A stretch of 64,000 bases of DNA from Chiloscyllium plagiosum. Its lineage: Eukaryota. The notes under the pieces were generated by a model, which did no database searches, was not told where the DNA came from, and worked only from the letters and a program-made list of their open reading frames with translations. The first letter of the stretch is position 1. Each line of letters opens with the position of its first letter. Below are positions 11,161 to 22,709 of this stretch, one piece after another. Location of the stretch: the NCBI RefSeq assembly GCF_004010195.1, contig NC_057752.1, positions 15,395,031-15,459,030 of the forward strand, read 5' to 3'. The position numbers and the translations under genes were made by a program.

Positions 11161-11379
11161 CAATCACAAAACCAGAAGTGAGCTGTTCACTCATGGTTCC
11201 AAAATGTTGAGCACCATTCACATATATTGAAACAATCTACTCAGTCCATTAAAAAAATTAAACAGTAAGAGAATGGGGCCATTCAATTTTTTGAGCCTGT
11301 TACTAAACAATTAGAGCAGTTTTAAATTCTTTCTTGGGAACATTCAAAATGGAAGGAACATTCAGATTCTCAAAGCTGC

Positions 11380-11740
11380 CAAATAGGAATCGAGGTGGTT
11401 ACTGACCCAGAAGCAGGGATAAATTAGGGATAATTTTCTCTGCATTAATTTCCCTGAAATTGACGATTGCAGTGACACAGCGACCAATGCTGGGTGCTCA
11501 ACTGTTTGCAACTCTATGAACAATTTAGATAAAAGTAACAAATGTATTCTAACTGCATTTGTAGATTACACTAACATAGGCAGGAAACTAATTTACCAAG
11601 AGAAGGTCGGTAGTTTGAAAATGGATAAGCAAAGGGCAAGAGTCTGGCAGAGAGCATTTAATGAAGGTAACTACGAATATTTTTTAGGGAACATTGAAGG
11701 AAGTATGTTACTGAAATTGAGAGAGATTGTAGGACTACGT
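11380..11740 (+). mobile_element. Old CR1-like RT fragment
   Basis: Degenerate AFVDYTNIG (FADDTKIG) and ARVWQRAFN (AKxWQMxFN) motifs. Confidence 0.6.
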
Positions 11741-11764
11741 AGTACAGTGTGTACTGATGGGGCT

Positions 11765-12850
11765 CATTCTGATCGTTTCAGACATCTGAAGTGTTGCTCC
11801 ATCTCCCTGATGGTCTGCCCCCGGATGTTTCCAGTTGTACCATTGCTCGAAGTACACATGGGGTACTTTAATGTGATTGTTTGATGTTGGGAAATGGTTT
11901 GGTAGAGGGTTTTTTTAAGCCGTGTATTAAGAGGACGACCTTTATCTGAGATGCTATCTTTTCTTTGTGTAGACACGAAGACGACGGGAATGTCTGATTG
12001 CTTCTGAATGAAGAGACTGTGCCTGCAGCCAGGTCAGTGGGTACTCACCAATATGATATACCGTGCATGCTCACACTGCAACATTAATTGAATGAGAGTT
12101 CAATCACAAGAATTAGAAGATAAAACGAGTGCATTGCTAGATGAGCTGAAATGATCAGTTGTGTTATTTTTGCAATCTACCTGACAGACCGAGCCCCGAC
12201 AACAGAAACCCAGATGATCTAAATGTTCGGGAAAGCGCACACAGTAGATCAGGTACGTATACTGCTCAGTATAACCCAGAAAACTGTCCAGATTGGAACA
12301 TTGTGCAGACCACACAAGCACATCGATCTGAAAAGCTGGACTCGGTGTTTGTCCAGGATTGGAAGCAGTGCAAAGCACCCCAGTTCATTGCTCAGTAACA
12401 CTTCTTTCCATCACGCCCAGATTGGGAAATCTTGCAGCCCATGCTGGAAGTGACAATATTTGAAGCCACATCCATTTACAGCTCCATATCTCAATTGTGT
12501 CATGACAAGGGGTGTTGTGGGTGTGAGAATACTGCCAGAGAGAGTGGTGGGACAATCAATTCATCAACAAATGGGAAGGTTTTCGGATATAGACAGAGGT
12601 GGAGAGATTGAGAGGCAATGTCATGAAAGGTTTTGTTCACAGGTTTCAGGTCGACATTTAAATAGCATCTTGGAACGTATGTTGGTATTTCCAGAAATGA
12701 TGGGTGAACGGGGTATTGGTATGGGTTCAGATGATGGAGACTATTTGCGCATTTGTTCTGCAGATTTGTAGCGGGGAGTGAGGTTAGCAGCGTCTTCGAC
12801 TCCCCGAGCTGAATCTAACAATAATTTGTCTCAGTGTCAGTTTCAATGTG
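11765..12850 (-). mobile_element. Highly decayed Penelope-like element (GIY-YIG and RT remnants)
   Basis: Minus strand reads MCTSSNG...IRGQTIREMEQHF, similar to the PLE GIY-YIG motif CxSxNvIY...YIGQT.R.L..R..EH. Upstream LSTSVY.K is similar to the PLE RT thumb. Confidence 0.5.
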
Positions 12851-13349
12851 TTTGCCAGAGGATTGGCTGCATGAGGTCAAGCTAGTTTTACAGGGAAGCA
12901 TTTTGGATGAGTTTGATTGAATTTCACTGAACTTCCTTTCCATTGGAATATTTTTTTTGGATTTTTTTTCCGAATTATCAGTGAGCATGGATTTACTGGA
13001 GAGTCAATGCTAATGTTGGACCTGTTTGAAGGGCTGAATGGTGTATATGTGCTTCTCATTGCTATGTCCAAGTGTTTGAAACATGGTGGTGATTTGGTTT
13101 GGTGTTAGAATACTGTACAGATGCAGACGAATTTCCAATTCAGCCACTCAGGGTCGTTGCACTGAGAGATGTGGAGACCAGTCTGCCATTCTAAGGGGTT
13201 ACCCAGGAATAAAATAAAGTCATTCAGCCTTTTGTGTAATTACACAGCACAGGAGAAGTCAATTCAACCCTGCTTGGCTGCTAAATCAGGAAAACGCAAC
13301 TTTTATAAGTTAACAGGAAATTCAGAGTAGAGATTAACGTTTATTTTCA

Positions 13350-14342
13350 GGTGTAAAGTAATAACTGAGGACTGCCTCTGGAATCACTCTGAGGTCATAA
13401 ATGATTGTAGTCTACATTAATGTGTTACAGCTTCTCGCACAAAGGAAACGAAAGGAAGTGACCAAAGATTATTTTTGCAGATGACATGAAAATTGGTGGA
13501 GTTGTGGATAATGAGGAAGGATACCAAAGTTTGCAGCAGGATACAGATCAGCTGGAAGATGGGCACAGAAATTGCAAATTGAGTTTAATCTGGGCAAATG
13601 TGAGATGATGTCAATTCGAAGAAGAAAGTTAGTATCCTGATGAACATTAATATACGGAAGAATCATAGTGCAAGTCCTTAACTCCCTGAAAATGGCAATG
13701 GAAGTGGATAAGATGGGAAAGATATCAAATGGAATACTTGCCTTCATCCGTCACAGCATTGAGTATAGAGCATGTGATGTTGTAATTGTATGATTTTGTT
13801 TTTTGGCCACATTTGGAGTACTGTGTGCAGTTCTCAACACCACACGATAGGAAGAATGTGGAGGCTTTGGAGACGGTTCAAAAGAGGATCTGCAGCATAT
13901 TACCTGTGTGAGGCGGCTTAAGTGTGTATGCGCTATAAGGGGAAATTGGAAAAACTTGGCTTGGTTTTCCAGAGTGTCAGAGGCTGAGGTGGGTACAGGT
14001 ACAGTAATACATTATTAGGAGTGGCATAGACAATGTAGATAGTCGAAAAGTCTTTTCCAATGTACAAGTGTCAAATACTGGAGCACATAGGTTTTAGGTG
14101 AGAAACATAAAGTTTAAACCAGATGTGTGAGGTAAGTCTTTTTTACATAGAGTGGAAGCCACTGTTGGAAATTTCAGAAGCAGAAATGGTTGCAAAGTTT
14201 TTAAGTGTCATTGGACAGCGACATGAAGAGGTAGAGAATAGGGAGATATATACAGGCAGATGATATGAGTTGCGAATAGCATCATGGTCGCCACAGCCAT
14301 GCTGGGCCAAAGGGTCTATTGCTGTGCTGTGCTGTTCTGTTT
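13350..14342 (+). mobile_element. CR1-like LINE 3' portion
   Basis: FADDMKIGG, PHLEYCVQF motifs and a TGCTGTGCTGTTCTGT tail. Confidence 0.85.
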
Positions 14343-14384
14343 CCCAACTTCCCAGCATTAACCATGTCAAAGCCCCTCAGAATA

Positions 14385-14740
14385 TTGGATATTTCATTTA
14401 ATTTCTCTCTCATTCTTCTCCACTCTAGTGGGTTTAACCTCAATCAACCCAGCTCTTCTCATTAAAAAAATCCCTGTATTCCCAGAATCTGCTGAGTAAA
14501 CCTTCTCTGACCTGCCTCCAATGCTAGAATATATTTCCTTAGGGCACTCACACTGTTCATAATATTCTACATGTGGTCTGATTCGTACCTTGCATCGTTT
14601 TATCAAGACCTCCCTATTTGTAGACTCCATTCCCTTTGGAATAAATGCCAACATTTGATTTGACTACTCAATTACCTGCTGACTCGGTACCCTTTTCAGA
14701 TTGATGCACAGGGATTCGCAAAAACCCTTTGTGCAGTCAG
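14385..14740 (-). mobile_element. CR1-like LINE fragment
   Basis: ORF 14394-14654 MLAFIPKGMESTNREVLIK...IRPHVEY. Confidence 0.75.
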
Positions 14741-15009
14741 TCTGAAACCAAATAGTATTAGGCTGACAGTAAGTCGGGAACGTGCTGGAGTGCAACATAT
14801 TGTTTCTAAAAATAAACAATAACTGGAGCATTAGAAACAATGGAGACACATTGTATAAAAGAAAATTTGTTTCAAAGCATGATGGATTTGATTCTTTGGC
14901 GTGAATATAAATGATAGAACGCATAAGGATGGGGGAAAGGCGTGATGTTTTGGGAAATGGTTTATTTAAAGTTTCATAAGGCTTTAGATAAGTTTCAATA
15001 AGGGCTAAA

Positions 15010-17805
15010 GTTTAATTCGGGAGAGAAAAGGGTCTCTTAAAGATCAACGGCGTCGTCTGCATATGCAACCAGAGGAGATGGTTGAGATATTAAATAAAAA
15101 GTTCATTTTAATATTAACTGACATGGAAAGACATGGAAACTCGGGAACTTGGGGAAACAAATCTTGATGTCTTAGAAAGAATGCACAACAGTGACGAATG
15201 AAGATAGATCAATCCTCAGTAGGTTCATTAGGTCTGCCTCAGGATATTGTGTGAAGCTCGGGAAGAGATTGTCGGGTCCCTTACAGAGATATTTGCTTTA
15301 ATAACAGACAGGGTGGCGTGATGGAAGACTGTCAGGTGGCTAATATTGTTCCATCATTTGAGGGTTGCAGGGAAAAGCCAGGAAACTACAGATCAGTGAA
15401 ACCAGTGATGGGTAAGTTGTTGGAGGAGATTCTGAGAGAAAGTACCTACGTGCAACAGGAAAGGCAAAGGCTTATTAGAGACAGTCAGCATGGCTTTTCT
15501 GAGGGAAAAATCGTGTCTCACAAAAGCCAAGCGATAGGTGAAGAAAGAGCGCTCAACGTTTTCTACATGGACTTAAACAAAGCATTTGACACAATTCCGA
15601 GGGATGTAGAACATCTAGTCAAGAGGGAAGATGATGCTTACTTCTGTTTGAGGGAGCATGGATCAGAGAGTACTCTGGAGGGTTACATGGGACAGCATGG
15701 CAACTCATTGGTTAGCACGGCTGCCTCACGCAACCTGCGTTCAATTACAGCCACGGGCAACTATCTGTGTGGAGTTTACACATCCTTCCCGTGTCTGCGT
15801 GGGTTTCGTCTGTGTGTTCCAGTTTCGTCCCACATTCCAAAGAGGTGCAGGTTAGGTGAATCGGCCATGCTAAATTTCCCGCAGTGGTGAAGGATATGTA
15901 GATTCCGGGCATTAAGTCAGGGGAAGTGTCGAGCAATGGGATGAACGGGTCTGGGTGGATACTTTTTGGAGGGTTAATATGGAGTTATTGGACCAAATGG
16001 CCTGTTTCCACTCTGGAGGGATTCTATGAAGGTAGCCAGAAAAGAACTGAAGAATGGATTTAGGAGAGCTGGAAGGAGGCATGAAATACCTTCGGTGGGT
16101 AGGATTAAGGCAATCTGCATGACATTCTACACTTACGTGAATGACAAGAGGATGGCCAGAGTGAGGGTAGGGGCAATCAGGGATAGTAGAGGGTACTTGT
16201 GCCTGGAGTAGGAGGAGATTGAGGTGGTCCTTAATGAATACCTTGCTTCAGTATTCACTAGTTAAGGAGGTCTTGTTTTTTGTGAGGACAACGTGAAGCA
16301 GATTGACAGTAACGAACAGATTGATGTTAAGAAGGAGGATGTTCTAAAAATTGTGAAAACGATAAGGAGTGATTGCTCCCTTGGGCCAGACGAGACGTAC
16401 CTGACGTTACTACTGGAAGCGAGAGAGGAGATTGCTGTGTCTTTGACGATGATCATTGCGTCCTCACTGTCCATTGGAGTCATAGCAGATGACTGGAGGG
16501 TGGCAAATGTCATTCCCTTGTTCAAGAAAGGGAATCGAGAAAATCCTCGGAATTATAGATCAGTCAGTCTTGTGTCTGCGCTGTGCAGTTTAATGGGGAG
16601 GACTATGAGAGACAGAACTTTTGATTACTTGGAAAACGATTGTTTGATTAGAGATAGTCGGCGTGGCTTTGTAAAAGGCAGGTCACGCTTAATAAATCTT
16701 ACTGAATTATTTGAGAATGTGACAAAACATGTTGATGAATGTAGTGCAGTTGATGTAGTGTATACGGATTTTAGCAAGGCACTTGGTAAGGTTATGGTAG
16801 GCTCCTTCAGAAAGCACGGAGGCATGTGTGACAGGGAACCCTGTCTGTCTGCATACAGAATTAGCTGTCCCTCAGAAGACAAAGGGTGATAGTAGATGAA
16901 AGGCATTCAGCCTGAAGCTCAGTGACCAACGATATTCCACAATGATTGGTTCTGGGAAGTACACACTTTGTAATTGGATGCTGGAACGGGACATTGACAG
17001 GATGCAGAACTGGGCTGAGAAGTGACAAATGTAGTTCAATTGTGAAGTGGCTCATGTTGAAAGTTTGAATTTGAATGCAGAATACAGGATTAAAGACAGG
17101 ATACTCGGCAGTGTGGAGAAACCGCGATGTTGGTGTCCATGTCAATAGAGCCTTCAACGTTGCCACCCAAACTGATCGGGTTGTTCTGAAGGCATATAGT
17201 GCATTGGCATTCATTCGCAGGGTGATTGAGTTGAAGTACCATGGGGTTTTGCTGCAGCTCTTTGAGCCCTGGTTCGATCACACTTGGAAAACTTTGTTCA
17301 GTTTTGGTCCCCTCATTACAACAAGGATGTGCAAGCTTCACAGAGTGTAAAGAGGAGATTTACCAGCATGCTGCCTAGACTGGAGGTCTCTTCTTATGAA
17401 GCAAGTTTGAGGGATCCAAGGATTTTCTCATTGGAGCGAAGAAGGTTGAGGGGCGACTTAATAGAGTTGAACAAGATCCTGAGAGATATAGATAGAGTGA
17501 ATAGACAGAGACATTTTCCCGTGGCAGAAATGGCCCAGCGAGGTGCCAATAACGAGATTGGAGGAAGGTTTCAGGGAGATTTCAGAGTTCGGTACGTTAC
17601 ACAGAGAGTGGTGTGTGGTGTGCACTGCCAGCGCTGGAAATAGAGCCAGATATGTTTGGGAAATTTAAGCGACTCTTGGCTAGGTACATGGATGCAAGTA
17701 ACATGAAGGGTCTGTGGGTTAGTTTGATTTTAGAGTAGGTTAAAAGGTTGACATGACGTCAAAGTTCAAAGGGTCTGTATTGTGCTGTTCTATGTTCTGT
17801 TTTGT
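15010..17805 (+). mobile_element. Stacked CR1/HER1 ORF2 fragments ending in a 3' tail, interrupted by a SINE
   Basis: Two copies of the DWRVANV.PLFKKG.RE.PGNYR.VSL...DFSKA region (ORFs 15318 and 16293), followed by 3' motifs and a TTCTATGTTCT tail near 17790. Confidence 0.88.
15689..16028 (+). mobile_element. Older HE1-type V-SINE inserted in a LINE
   Basis: TTGGTTAGCAC head, GTGTGGAGTTTACACATCC V-domain, GGCCTGTTTCCAC...GATTCTATG tail. Confidence 0.85.
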
Positions 17806-17989
17806 AGGTTCCATATGGTGGACACTGTAATAAGTTCAGATCAATTTAAAAAAATATGGCATATAAGAGGAGATTGTATCTGGGTACAAAATTGGTTTGA
17901 TGTGAGGAGACAGAGGGTGTTGGGAGACAACTTGTTTTATCTGTCTGGAGGATGTGACCAGCGGTGCAGTCCGCACGCTGTTGTTTGTC

Positions 17990-18580
17990 ATTTGGGTAAA
18001 GTACTAGATTGGATTGAAAATTGTTTGGCTAATAGGAAACAAAGGGTAGTGATAAACGGCTCCATTTCAGAATGGCAGTCAGTGACCAGTGGGGTACCGC
18101 AGGGATCTGTGCTGGGACCGCAGCTTTTTACAATACATGTTAATGATATAGAAGATGGTATCAGCAATAACATTAGCAAATTTGCTGATGATACAAAGCT
18201 GGGTGGCAGGGTGAAATGTGATGAGGATGTTAGGAGATTACAGGGTGACCTGGACAAGTTAAGTAGCAAAGAGGTGCTTCTGCAGCTGTACAGGGCCCTG
18301 GTGAGACCACCCCTGGAGTACTGTGTGCAGTTCTGGTCTCCAAATGTGAGAAAAGACATTCTGGCTATTGAGGGAGTGCAGCGTAGATTCACGAGGTCAA
18401 TTCCTGGAATGGCAGGATTACCTTACACTGAAAGACTGAAGCGTCTGGGCTTGTATACCCTTGAGTTTCGAAGACTGAGAGGGATCTGATTGAGATGTAT
18501 AAGATTGTGAAAGGATTGGACACTCTGGCAGTAGGAAACATATTTCCACTGATGGGTGAGTGCCGAACCAGAGGACACAT
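17990..18580 (+). mobile_element. Relatively young CR1 RT fragment with an internal deletion
   Basis: VTSGVPQGSVLGPQLF...SKFADDTKLGG joined in frame at ~18260 to SKEVLLQLYRALVRPPLEYCVQFWSP. Confidence 0.9.
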
Positions 18581-18794
18581 AAGTTTGTGGGTGACACTGA
18601 AATCGGTGGTATCGTGGACAGTGAATAAAGTTATCTATGAAAGAACATGATTAACTGTATTGTTTGGAATCGTACGCTGAAGAATAGCAGATAGAGTGGA
18701 ATAAGATAAATGCGAGGAATTGCATTTTGGTAAGACAAACCATGGCGGGACTTGTTCAGATCATGTTAGGGAAATGGGTAATGTTGAAATCAAA

Positions 18795-19095
18795 CAGGAG
18801 AAGGTGAGGACTGGAGATGCTGCAGATCAGAGTCGAGAGTGTTGTGCAGGAAAAACACAGCTGGTCAGTAGCGGGAGAATAGATGCTTCAGGCTTACAAC
18901 CTTCATTAGTAATGAGATGATGATGTGCCGCCATGTGCCGCCATCTAATCTCCCTGCCTTCAGCCCTACATCAGCTCAGGCCACACTCTCCCGCTCATTC
19001 TTGATGACGGGTTTAAAAAAGAAACGTCGATTCTCCTGCTCCTTGAATGCTGCCTGACCTGCTGCGCTTTTCCAGCACCATAGTCTCGAACCTGT
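18795..19095. mobile_element. Palindromic element with degenerate hammerhead cores in both arms, inserted in a CR1
   Basis: The left arm is an imperfect reverse complement of the right arm. Right: TTGATGA-CGGG...-GAAA-CGTCGATTCTCC (~19001-19036). Left, minus strand: CTAATGA-AGGG...CCT-GAAG-CATC (~18881-18910). CR1 sequence resumes after 19100. Confidence 0.65.
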
Positions 19096-19294
19096 GCAGC
19101 GTTGTCAAACAGACCACTCGGAATACAGGTGCATGCATCTTTGAAAGTGGCGTCACACGTAGACAGGGTGGTGAAGCAGGTATTTGGGAGATTTGCCTTC
19201 ATTAGTCTGAGTATTGAGAGTAGGATTTGGGATGCTGTCTTATGGTTGTACAAGACATCGGTAGGCCCACCATTAAAACGTTGTTCATCAGTAA

Positions 19295-19483
19295 GAAGAA
19301 CTCATCTGGTTGACTTACGTCCTTTAGGGAGGGGACATCTAACATTCTAACCTGGCCTGGCTCACACATGACTCCAGACCCACAGCAATATGGCTGGCTC
19401 TGAGCTGCTCTCTGGGTAATTAGCAGTGGGGTACGGAATGTTGGTCCAATCAGTGACATCCTCATCCCAATGAATGAAAAAAT
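19295..19483 (+). mobile_element. SacSINE1-like (Deu-domain) SINE 3' part
   Basis: CCTTTAGGGA.GG..ATCT...CCTGG.CTGGC...TGACTCCAGACCCACAGCAAT and an ATCCCAATGAATGAAAAAA end, matching my recollection of shark DeuSINEs. Confidence 0.65.
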
Positions 19484-20160
19484 AATTATACACTTTTACA
19501 TCCCTATCTCTGCAAACACCTTCAGCTGCACCAATCCGTATTGGCTTTGCCACACTGTTCAAACCGTATGCACTCTCTGTAATACTCTCGCCACCTCCAG
19601 TATCTTCAATTCTCCTGTTCTGATCGTGTCACTTCAAACATGATAAAGATTCCCTTCCTCCTTTGAAATCCATTTATCACTCACTTAAAAACACTCTTTA
19701 GCTTCAGAATTATTAGTAAAGTTTGGTGATCTTGTCACCCACAAAAGCTAATATGTTCCATTTTGTCTTGAGTGAGCTACTGATGGGAGTTTCTTGCTGA
19801 GGTTTTGTCCGTTTCAATCGAATGTCCTTTTGCTGAGTATTTCACACAGTTCATTCAAATATTTTCCACTGTTCATTCACAGACAAACATTTCAGTCTGT
19901 TTGTCCTGTTTACCTTGGTCAGTACTCCTCTCAAACTCATATAATTTGCTATTTTTGTACCTAGTTGTAGATAGTCCTTTATGGGATTGACTTTAAAACT
20001 TTATATTCCTTTAAACTGGACTTTATCACAAATTCCCAGTGGATCTCTCCATGTGACATTACTCATTTACTCAGCTTTATCGCACAACCGTCGATCTGTG
20101 ACAGTTGCATCCCTAGCCGATTGCACAACCTGTTATTCAAAGAAACGCGAGCAAAAACAT

Positions 20161-20332
20161 TACCTTATCTCCTCTTCGAATTGCCAGGGTAATTGTCCCA
20201 GAACGTTTCGGGCATAAGCCCTTCTTCAGGAATGATTGAGTGCAGTTTGTTTCATTGAATGAATGTGTGCAGTTTGATCCAATGAATGAATACCTTATCT
20301 CCTCTTCGAATTGCCAGGGTAATTGTCCCAGA
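20161..20332. repeat. Perfect 42-bp direct repeat flanking an 88-bp insertion
   Basis: TACCTTATCTCCTCTTCGAATTGCCAGGGTAATTGTCCCAGA at 20161-20202 and 20291-20332. Confidence 0.95.
20199..20232 (-). ncRNA. Minimal hammerhead ribozyme core (Penelope type) in a short insertion
   Basis: Minus strand CTGAAGA-A-GGGC TTAT GCCC-GAAA-CGTT: intact CUGANGA and GAAA boxes, 4-bp stem II, palindromic ACGT stem III. The 3' strand of helix I is absent. Confidence 0.6.
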
Positions 20333-21024
20333 TTCTGCGAATATTGAAGTTTCTCAAGAAATATCACAATGTTTTTGTTAAAAATTCCAAGGAATTCCTG
20401 TTTAATGCAGTGATGAGCAATGAATTGCTGCTAGGTGGCCTCAAACTGTTCTGCTGCGCGTGTCTTTGGCAATTTGTAGCAAGGATTTATATTCATAATC
20501 ATTGCTTCATGAAGCCAAATGTTTTCTCAGTAGTGCCTTTGTTATCCATGGCTGCAAGGATTACCCATCCTGCTTTCCCATTCTGCCTGAATCTCTGCAG
20601 GTCTGTGTACCATTGAATATTTATGTTTCAACATTTGTTCACCATGGAACCATGTCTCTCTGGTGTCAAAATCTCATTTATCACTGTGTCACAAATCCAT
20701 CTACCGAATTGCAGACACTTTGTCTACTCCAAAAAAAGACATCATTTACTCTTTCGCAGAAATTCCTTTCACAAATCTATTCGCTGTTGTGTAGTTTCAG
20801 TTAAACTCTGTCCCTTCCTGTTCCTTTCTGCTTGTTTTCTAGCAGATTCCCATGCCACTCCCATGCTTCCCTTTTCTTGTTGAATTTGGAAAGTTCCTTT
20901 CACCTGCACCCGGTCCCTGCAACCTCCCTGTCAGTGTAAAGCCCTGTCCATAAACCTACCTACATGACTGACTAGGACACTGGTCCCAGCATGGTCCCAG
21001 TGGGGCCATCCTAATGGATTTTTC

Positions 21025-21690
21025 AAAATCACATTTGGGACGTGAGTGTACTTGGTTAACCAGCATTTCTTGCCCAGCCCTAGCTGGCCTTGAACTGAGT
21101 AGCTTGCTCGGCCATTTCAGAGGTAATTGAGAAGCAAGCACTTTTCTGTGGGTATGTCGTGCAGACCATGTGAGGATGACAGAGCTCCTTCTCTAAAGGA
21201 CACATGTTTGAGTTGTTTTAACATCAGCAATCTTTTTATATTTCTATGTGTGCTGTTAAATACTATTTTTAAAATTATTGATTTAAAAGTGGGCGGCACA
21301 GTGGCACAATGGTTGGCACTGCTGCCTCACAGCGCCGGAGACCCGGGTTCAATTCCCGCCTCAGGCAACTGACTGTGTGGAGTTTGCACATTCTTCTCGT
21401 GTCTGTGTGGGTTTCCTCCGGGTGCTCTGGTTTCCTCCCACAGTCCAAAGATGTGCAGGTCAGGTGAATTAGCCATGCTGAATTGCCCGTAGTGTTAGGT
21501 AAAGGGGTAAATGTATGGGTGGGTTGCGCATTTGGCGGGTCAGTGTGGACTTGTTGGGCTGAAGGGCCTGGTTCCACACTGTAAGTAATCTAATCTAAAA
21601 TTCCACCATTTCTGACGGTGGAATTCAAAGCTGTGTTACCTGAACATGAGTTGAGGTTTTGGATACATGCTCTGGACTTATTCGCGCTCG
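21025..21690 (-). mobile_element. SacSINE1-like SINE split by an HE1 SINE
   Basis: Minus strand TGTCCTTTAGAGAAGGA...CTCTGAAATGGCCGAGCAAGCTACTCAGTTCAAGG; the head portion continues beyond 21600. Confidence 0.6.
21291..21597 (+). mobile_element. Young full-length HE1-type V-SINE
   Basis: GGGCGGCACAGTGGCACAATGG (A box), GGTTCAATTCCC (B box), V-domain and GTAAGTAATCTAATCTAA tail; close to the other copies. Confidence 0.95.
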
Positions 21691-22709
21691 GCTATCACTT
21701 TGCCTGTTCAAAGTTTTCTCATTCCTGAGCACTGATACCAGTGCGCCATGAAGCAAAACCCGTTCTTCCGGCACAATTCTTTGATCCCGAAATCTTCCTG
21801 CACTTTGGTATTATCATTCAATGTCTTTCCATATAATATCCCTCACCGTGTGGGTCTGATTGCTGCCTCTGTCAGCGTCTCTCGTTCTTGCAGCTATTCT
21901 AGATCCTGAGCCGCCAGAATTCTCCACTCCAGACAGACGAAGCAGCAGAGAACAGGAAAGAAGACTGGGATTTTCAAGATCTCTGTGGTACTAAACGCCA
22001 TTTTCCATGTGTAGCTCTCACTGCATCAGTCTAATTTTCCATTTTGTCCATTTCTCCATCACCCGAAGGTTTTCAGGAAGTTCCTGACTCAATAGACATC
22101 CTAACTGCTGGATGCCTCGTTGGTTCCATCATTTAAAATATTTGGTGAGCCAGAGAGACAAAGGTAAGAGACATCAACATTCTTCAATAAATACTGCAGC
22201 GAGGTAAGATCACTCACAGTGAACAGAGTAGAGAATAATGAAAGCGCGACAAACATCAGCTAAGAAGACATGGCATAGATACAATGCTGTATGGGGGAGA
22301 ACAGTACAGACATACCCCAGGCTCAATCACTATCGCTACTTTAAGTTATGTTGCACGAAAACAGCATCGGGAGTTCATAGTTATCAATCGAGGCTTGTGC
22401 TGTCTGAGCGCGCATCAGCACAACAGACGTGAAAGCAGGCCTCCCACGAGAAGTTGGTAATGCTATCTGGGATCTTTCTGCTCTGTGTTCTCACTCCAAC
22501 ACCATATCTGTGACATGTCTTGTGGAACAGTGTCTTCATAATATTTTAATATATGACAGTTACTGTCACCATAAACTTTTCCTTTCTCAGAAGCCCTCCA
22601 CATATTTGAAACATACTCCATTCCAGAGTAACATTCCTATCGTTGTCACTTGCTTCAGTCTCAACAACATGCCTTATCCCAGTAGTCTCCACGTCCAACA
22701 ATTGGAGAC

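Larger units (their letters stand above)
19500..21790 (-). mobile_element. Old CR1 LINE (ORF1 esterase end, APE endonuclease, linker) with nested insertions
   Basis: Minus strand gives LCRKNGFCFMAHW (esterase), HAGTSVL, ETWFHGEQ, NINIQWY...RQNGKAGWV, RPPSS and RDPLGICD (APE motifs), all degenerate. Confidence 0.7.

Noticed and set aside
20040..22150. Possible TRIM/PML-like RING and B-box relic on the minus strand (e.g. HRDLENPSLLSC, WFHGEQMLKH)
   Set aside because: Most of the interval is better explained by collinear CR1 esterase and APE motifs (ETW, RQNGKAG, RPPSS, RDPLG), and the required Cys/His ligands are missing.
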